Notes: generated by a model not told the origin, from the letters alone. Shown: positions 9,064 to 17,016, counted from the stretch's first letter. The stretch: 20,000 nucleotides of DNA from an uncultured virus (IMG/VR IMGVR_UViG_3300028572_000010) (IMGVR_UViG_3300028572_000010:107353-127352), one strand, 5' to 3'. Program-made: numbers and translations.

Positions 9064-9346
9064 TTTCTTATTAGGTATAATTGCCTCTAAATGGTGTATA
9101 AACCATAATAAGAAACGAATGCGAATTTATCTACCTGAAACTAAAAGGTATTTGGCTCTAGCTTTGCAGCAAGAGTGGGGTGGGACGGTTAGTAGAATAA
9201 ACCGTGATAAACACCATAATGTTATGTGGCAAATAACCAGCACACGTTCCTTACAAGCAATTCGGGAGGCAGCTTTAGCTATTAAAACCTGGCTACCTCC
9301 CGAATTCTATCAGCAATTAATGATGTTTCTACAAGAACATATCTAG
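8957..9346 (+). CDS. Degenerate LAGLIDADG-like DNA-binding protein
   Basis: FLLGIIASKWCI...LQQEWGGTV...VMWQITS parallels the LAGLIDADG helix, FGG turn and W-x-I strand; acidic catalytic residue absent. Start at 8957 chosen by inspection (track start 8840). Confidence 0.45.
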   Translation: MENTITTTLNNKPVSYKPATRINNANQPEEVNFLFIFLLGIIASKWCINHNKKRMRIYLPETKRYLALALQQEWGGTVSRINRDKHHNVMWQITSTRSLQAIREAALAIKTWLPPEFYQQLMMFLQEHI

Positions 9347-9573
9347 GCCTTTTCAGGCTTTGATTTGTGACCGGTATTGTGATTAAGCTTTTGGGCTTTC
9401 CGATCAGCCAAACTCAACACTTTCTTACCATTCTTCTTCACACCCTTCTTAATCCACATATCCCGTTTAGCAACTCGTTTAGCCAACTGCTGCTTTTTAT
9501 GACGGATAGTGACTGATTTTTGGGCTTCGTAGTAGGACCTTTTCCAACCTGATCCCTTTTTATGTTTAGGCAT
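9343..9573 (-). CDS. Small highly basic protein (76 aa)
   Basis: Very K/R-rich; directly follows the upstream minus-strand gene. Confidence 0.65.
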   Translation of the reverse strand: MPKHKKGSGWKRSYYEAQKSVTIRHKKQQLAKRVAKRDMWIKKGVKKNGKKVLSLADRKAQKLNHNTGHKSKPEKA

Positions 9574-9584
9574 GTAGGAGAAGG

Positions 9585-10373
9585 TTATGATTTGTGCTGT
9601 TCAGATTCCTCCAACACCTTATCCAAATCCGCCATAGCCTCCTGCATCGAGTTGATTGGAGGAGGGGCAACGAACTTGATTTTGGGCTTGGATTTCACCT
9701 TGCTGAAGTTATAGCTCCCTTTAAACTGGTTGCGCCGGAATTCGTTCCGCTTCTCGTAATCCACGCCGATATGTACCTCCAACTCTCCTATATCGATATT
9801 ACCATTCTTGGAGAGAAGAGTATGCACATTGCTGGGTGTCCATATTTTCTTCGGTTTACCGCAGAACCAGGCCAGGAAAGTCTGCTGGTCCTGGGATGTG
9901 ATGATCGTAATCACATCACACTTCAAGAACCTGAACCCGGCTGCATGGGCTACATAGGAGTAGGTGTTATGCTCCGGATCATAGTCCTTGGCAATACCCA
10001 AAGATTTGCCCCAGTTCGCCTTTTCGATTTCCGCAATAGTAGCGATGGTGCTGTGACCTTTCCCCTTATAAGAATCCACCAAGTTGAAGACCCAGGCCAT
10101 GTCACCATCAGCCGTAACAGAGGTCAAATTCTTATCCATACTGGTAGGATGAGAAATGACCTCCATAAACATGGCTTCTACTGAGAGGAAGTCAGTAACA
10201 CCAACAACCGCAGAGCCTTCCCGGTATCCATGAGCTAGCCGGATTTTCTCAATTTCGAATTCCTCCTTGCTTTGAATGTTTTCCAGGTTGTTCACTGCAT
10301 TACGATAAGCAGTGAGAATGACCTCTGTAAGAGAGGGTGTGACTTCAGTTTCCGGCAAGTTTTGTGTTTCCAT
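9585..10373 (-). CDS. Hypothetical protein (262 aa)
   Basis: Long ORF with an A/C-rich leader; visibly higher GC than the flanks. Confidence 0.8.
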   Translation of the reverse strand: METQNLPETEVTPSLTEVILTAYRNAVNNLENIQSKEEFEIEKIRLAHGYREGSAVVGVTDFLSVEAMFMEVISHPTSMDKNLTSVTADGDMAWVFNLVDSYKGKGHSTIATIAEIEKANWGKSLGIAKDYDPEHNTYSYVAHAAGFRFLKCDVITIITSQDQQTFLAWFCGKPKKIWTPSNVHTLLSKNGNIDIGELEVHIGVDYEKRNEFRRNQFKGSYNFSKVKSKPKIKFVAPPPINSMQEAMADLDKVLEESEQHKS

Positions 10374-10407
10374 ATACTATTTTTGTTTGTGGTTTACTAA
10401 CTTTGGT

Positions 10408-11058
10408 TTACTGGTTTTGTGTGTTTTGTGTGTGTTCCGTAGAATCATTAACTATCTGTTTAACCATCCGCTTCGCTAACTTTTTACCGGTAGGAAAATC
10501 TTCGAGAAGTGACCCGTAAAGCTGACCCCAGGCACTTTGCAAACCTTTCGTATGATTAAAAGGATCAAGAACAAAACATTTAGACTCTCCAGTATATACC
10601 TTACCAGTAACTGGATGTGTAAATGATACTTTGGTTGATCCGCCGTTAGGAAAAATATAATTAGTATGCCGGGCATAATTTTCAGCTATACCACCAGCAA
10701 TTTCATTCAGAACATCCAATTCTCGTCTTGCATGAAGTTGATGTACTGGTTGAAGTACATCCTGGCACATACGCTTAAACTTTGAAAGGGCATGGACATA
10801 TTGAGCTTTATTGGTTGCCCCCAATCTTCTCAATTTTTCCTTCCACACATTTGTCAATGATACACCATCCCAGTCACTAAACCGCTTTACTTCAACGTTT
10901 ACAGTGTAATTCAATTTTTCCAGAGTAGTACGAATTGTGGTTGGCTTTTCCAGATTCTCAAAAATGTCAGCCAGCACAATCACATTTGTATCTGTAACTT
11001 TGCCAAGCCATTTCCTTTTTGCTGGTTTCTTTTGTTTGTCTTCTACTTTTTCATTCAT
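10408..11058 (-). CDS. Hypothetical phage protein (216 aa)
   Basis: ATGA overlap; C-terminal GESKCFVLDPFNHTKGLQSA resembles the GxAxCxxxDxFxxxxGxxxA motif common in phage proteins. Confidence 0.8.
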   Translation of the reverse strand: MNEKVEDKQKKPAKRKWLGKVTDTNVIVLADIFENLEKPTTIRTTLEKLNYTVNVEVKRFSDWDGVSLTNVWKEKLRRLGATNKAQYVHALSKFKRMCQDVLQPVHQLHARRELDVLNEIAGGIAENYARHTNYIFPNGGSTKVSFTHPVTGKVYTGESKCFVLDPFNHTKGLQSAWGQLYGSLLEDFPTGKKLAKRMVKQIVNDSTEHTQNTQNQ

Positions 11059-12041
11059 AATTCATTTTGTTTGGTTGCTGCTATTGCTAGTTTTGTTGCT
11101 CCTTCTATTGTTTTTGCGGTTGCCAGGAATTGAGCAGAATGACAGAATATTGCCTCTTCTACTCCCGAAATTGCTTGAAGTTTTTGGTCAGTTAATCCTG
11201 CCCATTCTTTAGGAAATGGTATTCTAAGATTTTCCGGGCCATTACTTTGATTGCCATCCATTCTGACTGCTGTGACTACATGAGCAGTTTTTTCCTGGTT
11301 AGGAAATATTACATGGGTTATATGAGGATGGTCTTTTACCACATCATACCAAGTACAAAACTCCTCTAAGTATAAGAAAGGACTATGCTTGCTAATCCTA
11401 GCTTCGATATAAGGCTTGGCCAGAATCTCACTAGCCTTCTTTAAGATCAATCTAGTAAGCACAATACCAGCAGTACCAACCGCTAGTTTAAATGCATCAT
11501 CATCTAAATCATAGCCTACTAAAGGAATTGGATTAAAACTACTTATAATTGATTGAATTGTAGCTACTTCACAAATGAGTTCTGAATGACTACTATTTCT
11601 AGCTACAATGTTTAGTTGACCTTGGTCCTGCCAATCAATACTTTTGACGAAGTTATCAACTTTATCAACAACATCAAATTCTAAGTTGGAGTCATAAATC
11701 TTTAACTTCTGCATACAATCATAAAGAAGATAACTTACAACTTGCCAACCATGAGCTAACCAGACTAGACCAAATGAGCTATAGAGTGTCCCATCCTCCC
11801 TACAACTATTAAATCCAGGTTGGTGATGATCAAACTTACCATTAAGAGCATCATACTCACCCCCAACGTCTACCAAATAATCAGCACCTATCCAATCAAC
11901 AGGATCACGACTTCTTATTACCGTTACAGGGATCTCTTCAGAATAAAGTAGTTGAAGGGTGGCACAAGCAAATACTTCATCGGCGTGAAAAATTCCTGTA
12001 TGGGTCACTATAGTTATTTTTTCAGTTTTTGGCTCTTCCAT
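11055..12041 (-). CDS. MYG1 (UPF0160) family metal-dependent hydrolase / putative exonuclease
   Basis: IVTHTGIFHADEVFA, RSRD, VDVGGEYD....FDHHQ, YSSFGLVW, PKEWAGL and IFCH..F.A are MYG1 signature motifs. Confidence 0.92.
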   Translation of the reverse strand: MEEPKTEKITIVTHTGIFHADEVFACATLQLLYSEEIPVTVIRSRDPVDWIGADYLVDVGGEYDALNGKFDHHQPGFNSCREDGTLYSSFGLVWLAHGWQVVSYLLYDCMQKLKIYDSNLEFDVVDKVDNFVKSIDWQDQGQLNIVARNSSHSELICEVATIQSIISSFNPIPLVGYDLDDDAFKLAVGTAGIVLTRLILKKASEILAKPYIEARISKHSPFLYLEEFCTWYDVVKDHPHITHVIFPNQEKTAHVVTAVRMDGNQSNGPENLRIPFPKEWAGLTDQKLQAISGVEEAIFCHSAQFLATAKTIEGATKLAIAATKQNEL

Positions 12042-12044
12042 AAA

Positions 12045-12560
12045 TCAGATTTTGGTTTTGATAATGTGTTCAACCAGATTGATTAACTTCTTATACTGCT
12101 TACCAAACTTATTGTTTTTATGAGTCTTTTCTACTTTGTTTTTGAACTCAGTCAAATTTCCTGTAAAACAACCACAATCTACTTGAACATTCTTTCCTAC
12201 CCAATAAATGGTAGTTTGAGCGTTTCTAGAACCAATTTTAGAAGAAGTAAATCTTTGTGGGTTAGATTTGAAACCAATACAAGTAATACAACTTATACAA
12301 TCTCTACAATCTCTACAATAATTACAACTATTACAATCTCTACAATCATAGCAACCATTACAACCTTTACAATAAATACAATCATTGCAATATCTACAAT
12401 TACTACAATTATTACAACTACTACAATTATCACACCAACCACAATCAATACAACTAGTACAACCGGTTAGGGTAGGTGAGTATAGAGTAGCTAATTCTTC
12501 TGATAACCAGCTATTATTGTTTTCGTCATACCATCTATTATATCTTTTTGTTATTTTCAT
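12045..12560 (-). CDS. Cysteine-repeat protein, copy C (21 Cxx units) with a C-terminal IGSR...CGCF.G...EF...V..TH cap domain
   Basis: Start at 12560 (MKITKRYNRWYDENNNSW) aligns with the paralogs; 45 nt identical to copy A. The cap motif is one commonly found after beta-helix repeats in phage proteins. Confidence 0.85.
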   Translation of the reverse strand: MKITKRYNRWYDENNNSWLSEELATLYSPTLTGCTSCIDCGWCDNCSSCNNCSNCRYCNDCIYCKGCNGCYDCRDCNSCNYCRDCRDCISCITCIGFKSNPQRFTSSKIGSRNAQTTIYWVGKNVQVDCGCFTGNLTEFKNKVEKTHKNNKFGKQYKKLINLVEHIIKTKI

Positions 12561-12789
12561 AGTATTCAAAAGCTTCATCTAATTGTTTTAAAGCCTGGTC
12601 ACGTTTTGACCCTTCCTTATACTTGAGATTAATACCTTTATTACCAGTAAGTCCAATATACAACCATGCTTTAAGTAGATCTCTAGGTTGAGGTGATGGA
12701 CTATCAAACTCATTATATGCATAATAATTAGTTATAGCTGATAAAACTAACCTATGTCCATCTATAAATATAATTTTAGAATTTTTCAT
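12538..12789 (-). CDS. Hypothetical protein (83 aa)
   Basis: ORF directly downstream of tRNA-Cys, with an A/C-rich leader. Confidence 0.7.
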   Translation of the reverse strand: MKNSKIIFIDGHRLVLSAITNYYAYNEFDSPSPQPRDLLKAWLYIGLTGNKGINLKYKEGSKRDQALKQLDEAFEYYENNKKI

Positions 12790-12812
12790 TGTTTTAGTTT
12801 TGTTGCTTTGGT

Positions 12813-12886
12813 TGGAGACGGTAATAGGAATTGAACCTATGAAACTTGTTTTGCAGACAAGTGCTTTGCCATTCAGCCATACCGTC
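12813..12886 (-). tRNA. tRNA-Cys (GCA), CCA encoded
   Basis: Acceptor GACGGTA/TACCGTC, discriminator U, CCA; anticodon arm CTTGT-CTGCAAA-ACAAG; T arm ATAGG-TTCAATT-CCTAT; 74 nt. Confidence 0.95.
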
Positions 12887-12901
12887 TAGGATTAAAATTA
12901 G

Positions 12902-12962
12902 TACAGTACTTCAGCTTACGTGATGACTAAATATTTAGCAGGAACGAGTATGAAGTACTGTA
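12902..12962. other. Long intergenic stem-loop
   Basis: TACAGTACTTCA (12902-12913) and TGAAGTACTGTA (12951-12962) form a perfect 12-bp inverted repeat, with an inner CTAAATATTTAG palindrome. Confidence 0.7.
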
Positions 12963-12999
12963 ATATCATCATAATATTCGTGACCTATAATGATGAAAG

Positions 13000-13139
13000 C
13001 GGAGCCGTGGGCCGGATTTGAACCGACATCGGCCGAATTTACTTCGGTGCTCTTCTTATTGAGCTACTTTTTCAAAAGACATTAATTAGCTAGATTAACG
13101 CGCGCTCTAGCCAACAACGTACAGTTAATAATTCACGGC
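13000..13139 (-). ncRNA. tRNA-like element with a 66-nt insert in the acceptor stem and a 5-nt anticodon loop
   Basis: GCCGTG-[66 nt]-G-TA-GCTC-AATAAGAA-GAGC-A-CCGAA-GTAAA-TTCGG-CCGAT-GTCGG-TTCAAAT-CCGGC-CCACGGC-T-CCG. Confidence 0.7.
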
Positions 13140-13176
13140 ATTAAGGCCTGTCAAATAATGAAATTGACAGGGAAAG

Positions 13177-13588
13177 TGGTGGACGTGGTTGGATTCTCAC
13201 CAACGTGTTTACTTCAAAACAATATGATTTCTACAAGCTTAGCCAGAATTTTAATACTAGAATAAGGAACTGACTCAACCTTAGCTATTCCAGTATTTTG
13301 TCCTTGTTAATTAGATTGTAATAGTACATAGACTAAACTATCACAACTCACTTATAGATTACGGTTCGTTAGTCCCATAAGTTTCAGACCAGGAACCGGT
13401 ATTGGTTAAACCAACACTTCATTGACGGAGGGAACGAACTCATCCGCTTGCGCAGAAATCGCCATCGCTTCATCAAGAATGCTCATTTTGTTAGCATTTA
13501 ACGTTTGCATTCATTTTTAGGTAGCCGAGAATGCTTCTACCGCTTGCTGTCATATCTTTCTAAAATAAGTCGATTATGTTACACGCCC
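13177..13588 (-). ncRNA. ssrA: tmRNA (one-piece, 412 nt)
   Basis: Acceptor GGGCGTG/CACGTCC with G3-U70, discriminator A and CCA; 5' TCGAC motif; TAAAT-GCT resume context; tag ANKMSILDEAMAISAQADEFVPSVNEVLV* at 13495-13406. Confidence 0.92.
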
Positions 13589-13742
13589 ATAAAGCATATA
13601 AGAAAATGTTACACTACTAAATTATAATATGCTAGTATAATTTAGTTAAAGAAGGATTTGATTCTATTAAAGAACTTATCCTTTATTTTTGTTATTCTCC
13701 TGATAATTGAATCAGGTTTTCGACTAAGGGGGCTTTATTATT

Positions 13743-13879
13743 TAGTGCAGGAGGTAGGATTCGAACCTACAAGACGAATCTAATATCTTCAATGCTACGT
13801 TCGTCGACGGAGACCGGCTACTGATTGAAGTCAGGTAAGCCTACTATCCGTTGCGTCTGCCAATTCCACCACTACCTGC
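13743..13879 (-). ncRNA. Enlarged tRNA-Leu-like RNA (137 nt) with extended anticodon and variable arms
   Basis: D region TGGTGGAATTGGCAGACGC is Leu-type; T arm GTAGG-TTCGAAT-CCTAC; acceptor GCAGG(T)AG/CTCCTGC, discriminator A, 3' CTA. ACGGA/TCCGT encloses 35 nt and GACGAA/TTCGTC encloses 21 nt. Confidence 0.75.
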
Positions 13880-13883
13880 AAAA

Positions 13884-14387
13884 CTATTCCTTAGACTTAA
13901 ACTTACGTAATTGATACTGAGAAACACTAGAATAGACCTTACTGAGGTTGTTGTAAATTGCTTCAAATATATCACCGAACAAATTCCAAAACACACTCCA
14001 AGGCCAATAAGCAATCCAAGTTATAATCTTAGACTTCCAATAAGACAAGGATAGCTCACTTTTTAAACTCATTAATTGAACTTCACTTAATTCATTGCCG
14101 TATGCTGTTTTAAATTTTTCTATTATTTTTGCAGAAAACTTGAACCACCGAAAAATGGACCAAAGCATTCCTATCACTAAATAACAGAAAGAATAAAGAA
14201 TGACTGAACCCAAAGTTAAATGATGATGAATAGGTTCCCAACACATAAAAATCAAACTAGCCAGAACTATACTTCCAAATACTGGTTTATTGTGATCAAT
14301 AGCGGCTGCCAATATCAGATTGGCAATTATGAGTAGCAACCAGAAAGCTAAGGTGCCAACTGCGAACAATGTGAATAAAGTATGCAT
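13884..14387 (-). CDS. Multi-pass membrane protein (167 aa)
   Basis: Three hydrophobic segments; YLVIGMLWSIFRW and KIITWIAYWPWS motifs. Confidence 0.8.
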   Translation of the reverse strand: MHTLFTLFAVGTLAFWLLLIIANLILAAAIDHNKPVFGSIVLASLIFMCWEPIHHHLTLGSVILYSFCYLVIGMLWSIFRWFKFSAKIIEKFKTAYGNELSEVQLMSLKSELSLSYWKSKIITWIAYWPWSVFWNLFGDIFEAIYNNLSKVYSSVSQYQLRKFKSKE

Positions 14388-14396
14388 ATTGGTTTA

Positions 14397-14966
14397 TTAG
14401 AATTCAAGACCGATCCCTGCCTGCCAACGAACTCCATTATCACTCCCACTAGTACGCCAACTCTTACCTGATTCTTGAGTAAACAAGTCATAATTAGCGC
14501 CGGCATAAGAATAGGTATGATCGTTAAAATACCATTGCAGCAAGATTTCAGGCCCGGTTCTCCACAAATCAGAAACACCAGCACCATAAACGTTACCTAT
14601 ACTCCAACCTCCGTTAAAGTATAGGTTCCTCCAAATCTGCTGGTTCCAATCTGCATCAATATCTGTAGCCCCACCAAACAAAGGCTGCCAGTAAATGCTC
14701 TGACTAGCACCAACCCAGATACTCGGAACCTGTTTGAACGGATCAATAGAGAAGGAGGTATCAAATCCTACTGTATTGTGGTTGTTATATGAAGTACCGG
14801 CACCACCAAATGTAATGTCGATCTTATTATAGTCAACACTACCTACATTAGTTTCACTCAATGTAGGCGGACTGAGTATAATTGGTGTGTGGTTAGTATT
14901 GGTTTCGGCCAATGTTGTAATTGCTGACAATATAGTAATTGCCAGCAAGATTGTAGTTTTTATCAT
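14397..14966 (-). CDS. Putative small outer-membrane beta-barrel protein
   Basis: Signal peptide MIKTTILLAITILSAITTLA, alternating amphipathic strands, and terminal WQAGIGLEF (BAM-type C-terminal Phe). Confidence 0.7.
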   Translation of the reverse strand: MIKTTILLAITILSAITTLAETNTNHTPIILSPPTLSETNVGSVDYNKIDITFGGAGTSYNNHNTVGFDTSFSIDPFKQVPSIWVGASQSIYWQPLFGGATDIDADWNQQIWRNLYFNGGWSIGNVYGAGVSDLWRTGPEILLQWYFNDHTYSYAGANYDLFTQESGKSWRTSGSDNGVRWQAGIGLEF

Positions 14967-14981
14967 TGCTTTTGTTTTGTT

Positions 14982-16058
14982 TTAGTTTGAATTTACTGGG
15001 ATGATGGATTGTAGAATAATGACCTTAAAAAGCACCATCAATTGCTGCTTACTAATATTGTTACCTGTCAGATCAATTGTAACTGCTGAATGTGACGTTG
15101 CATCATCTACTAATGGCAACGTATCTTTATATTTTATCGTACCGGTCAATCCTGCAATCTTGGTATCAGTATCAAAGAAAGAGGATTCATCAGATGTTGA
15201 TACACTAAAAGCTGCATCAGGATTAGGTAGAGGTTCATTAACTCTGATATCGAAGTCATATTCACCCAAACCATTTGATTCTCGATTAGGATCAGGAACC
15301 CACCTAAAAATACCAGCAATTCGATCAATTTTCACACCACTTATATCATTGTATTGAGCAGTCAGATTATTAAGAAACCAACATTTCTTATCATAATCAT
15401 ATAACAGCTCACCATTGACAGTAACGGAATCATAATAACCTAACGGGCCTTGACCAATTATGACTTGATTAAACGACATCTTATCATACTTCTTTAGTTG
15501 TACTGTAGTTGTCTTACCATTAATACATCTGGTAATGTTAATCAGGCTTAGACTATCAGCCCAATTATCCGGTTTATTAGGTATCTTGCCAGCAGCAGTT
15601 CCTTTAAAGTAGCTAGTAAATCCTCCAGCTTGTCCCATTGGTAGAATATCAAATACTAGACTACCTGAATCATAGTTATATACCCCATTATCATTAATAG
15701 GTACAATACCATGTAATGATCCAATATTCTTGGTTTGAGCAGGATTATGTGGGTTAACTACATCACAATCAACGTTATAAGCCAATGCTCGATGTTGAGT
15801 CACAGCCTTGCTCACCCAACCACTAATGATTTGTGGAGTGTCTTGAATAGTACCGTGAAATAAGACACTATTGGCTACGTTGAAATTCAGATTATACACA
15901 TCCCTCACACCAGGTATGTTGGGTGAATTGAAGGTATTGAATTTAATGTCCATTGTCCCTTTAATGAATAAGGGTGAGGGAGGTGTTTGAGCCGATACTC
16001 CGAGCACAAAAAGAAGTGATAGGAGTAAGCTGTTGATTTTCCAAAGATGTGTGTTCAT
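14982..16058 (-). CDS. Secreted beta-rich protein (358 aa)
   Basis: Signal peptide ending GVSA|QT; beta-strand-like pattern throughout. Confidence 0.8.
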   Translation of the reverse strand: MNTHLWKINSLLLSLLFVLGVSAQTPPSPLFIKGTMDIKFNTFNSPNIPGVRDVYNLNFNVANSVLFHGTIQDTPQIISGWVSKAVTQHRALAYNVDCDVVNPHNPAQTKNIGSLHGIVPINDNGVYNYDSGSLVFDILPMGQAGGFTSYFKGTAAGKIPNKPDNWADSLSLINITRCINGKTTTVQLKKYDKMSFNQVIIGQGPLGYYDSVTVNGELLYDYDKKCWFLNNLTAQYNDISGVKIDRIAGIFRWVPDPNRESNGLGEYDFDIRVNEPLPNPDAAFSVSTSDESSFFDTDTKIAGLTGTIKYKDTLPLVDDATSHSAVTIDLTGNNISKQQLMVLFKVIILQSIIPVNSN

Positions 16059-16061
16059 GTA

Positions 16062-16196
16062 TTAGTTTTGTTGTTGGTTTTGGTCAGGCATAACAGCTTG
16101 ACTATCTTGTTGTTGTTGAGCACGGTTTAAGGCCAAAGCTACCAAAATCAAGATGACTATGATAACAATTGACCCCATCAGTTTATAGTGTTTCAT
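16062..16196 (-). CDS. Small single-pass membrane protein (44 aa)
   Basis: Hand translation MKHYKLMGSIVIIVILILVALALNRAQQQQDSQAVMPDQNQQQN*; ATGA overlap with the upstream stop; ends 3 nt before the next ATG. Confidence 0.65.
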   Translation of the reverse strand: MKHYKLMGSIVIIVILILVALALNRAQQQQDSQAVMPDQNQQQN

Positions 16197-16984
16197 GTGA
16201 TTTTTTGTTTAGGTATTCTCACGATGTCATTGTTACTAGTTGAAGTAACTTCCGCATCCCAAATCTCAGCATCTTTTAAGGCTTTAGGGGTTGAGCTAAC
16301 AATAGCTTTCTGTTTATCCGCCTCTTCCTCAGCTAGACTGATCTCCAAACTACTGAATGCCTGATTAAGACTAGTCTGCACGCTATCCAGAGCTGTAGTA
16401 GTCTTTATCTTGGCAAAAATATCATTATCATTGAATCCAGCTGCCTCATTAGCTTCTCTAGCAGCTTGAGCTAATTGCCATTCAGCATCGACTCTTTCAA
16501 TAGTCTTGCCAAACTTCTGCAATTCATCCTTAGCCGCCATTAATTTCTGGGTCCTGGCTTTATAGATTTGATGGAGTTTCACACTCTCATCCCGATAAGC
16601 TGCTGCTCTATCAGGATAGTCTTTAATAAAACCATCCAATTTACTGTCAAAATTCTTGCACTGGGCACCAATATTCTCTACTGCAACTTTAGCAGCATCC
16701 CACAATTTCTGCTTACGCTGCTGTTCCACTAATAGAGTTTCTACTGGGTTTTTATTAGCTTCAGCCCTAATAGCCTTCAACCTCCAATTAGCAAATTTCA
16801 TGCCGATATAAGGCCAGAAGTAGAGGGTGGAGTAACTGATACCGAAAGCAACTATCATACCCACCAATCCTTGGATAATGGTGAATATAAATGGAGCAAC
16901 TATCAATGCGGTTAAGCAAAGTCCTCCAATTTTTACAATTGCTTGAATTCTTTCTTTACGTTGTTCTGGTGTTAATGTGTTCAT
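16193..16984 (-). CDS. Membrane-anchored coiled-coil protein, PspA/IM30-like
   Basis: Two N-terminal TM helices, then NPVETL and about 130 aa of coiled coil ending LAQAAREANEA, similar in layout to PspA. Confidence 0.6.
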   Translation of the reverse strand: MNTLTPEQRKERIQAIVKIGGLCLTALIVAPFIFTIIQGLVGMIVAFGISYSTLYFWPYIGMKFANWRLKAIRAEANKNPVETLLVEQQRKQKLWDAAKVAVENIGAQCKNFDSKLDGFIKDYPDRAAAYRDESVKLHQIYKARTQKLMAAKDELQKFGKTIERVDAEWQLAQAAREANEAAGFNDNDIFAKIKTTTALDSVQTSLNQAFSSLEISLAEEEADKQKAIVSSTPKALKDAEIWDAEVTSTSNNDIVRIPKQKIT

Positions 16985-17016
16985 TATTTGTTTTGTTTTG
17001 GCTGTTGTTCAAAGGA

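Noticed and set aside
9594..10184. Long plus-strand ORF and other antisense or out-of-frame ORFs (4370-4732, 5373-5558, 6137-7418 set, 8722-8988, 10476-11212, 14348-14587, 15001-15357, 17311-18243)
   Set aside because: They overlap better-supported genes and have no recognisable motifs.
13820..13835. tRNA-Sec or UGA-suppressor call from the CU-UCA-A loop
   Set aside because: The loop is 6 nt on an over-long arm, the discriminator is A and the D arm is Leu-like. TGA is used as an ordinary stop in many ATGA overlaps, so there is no sign of recoding.
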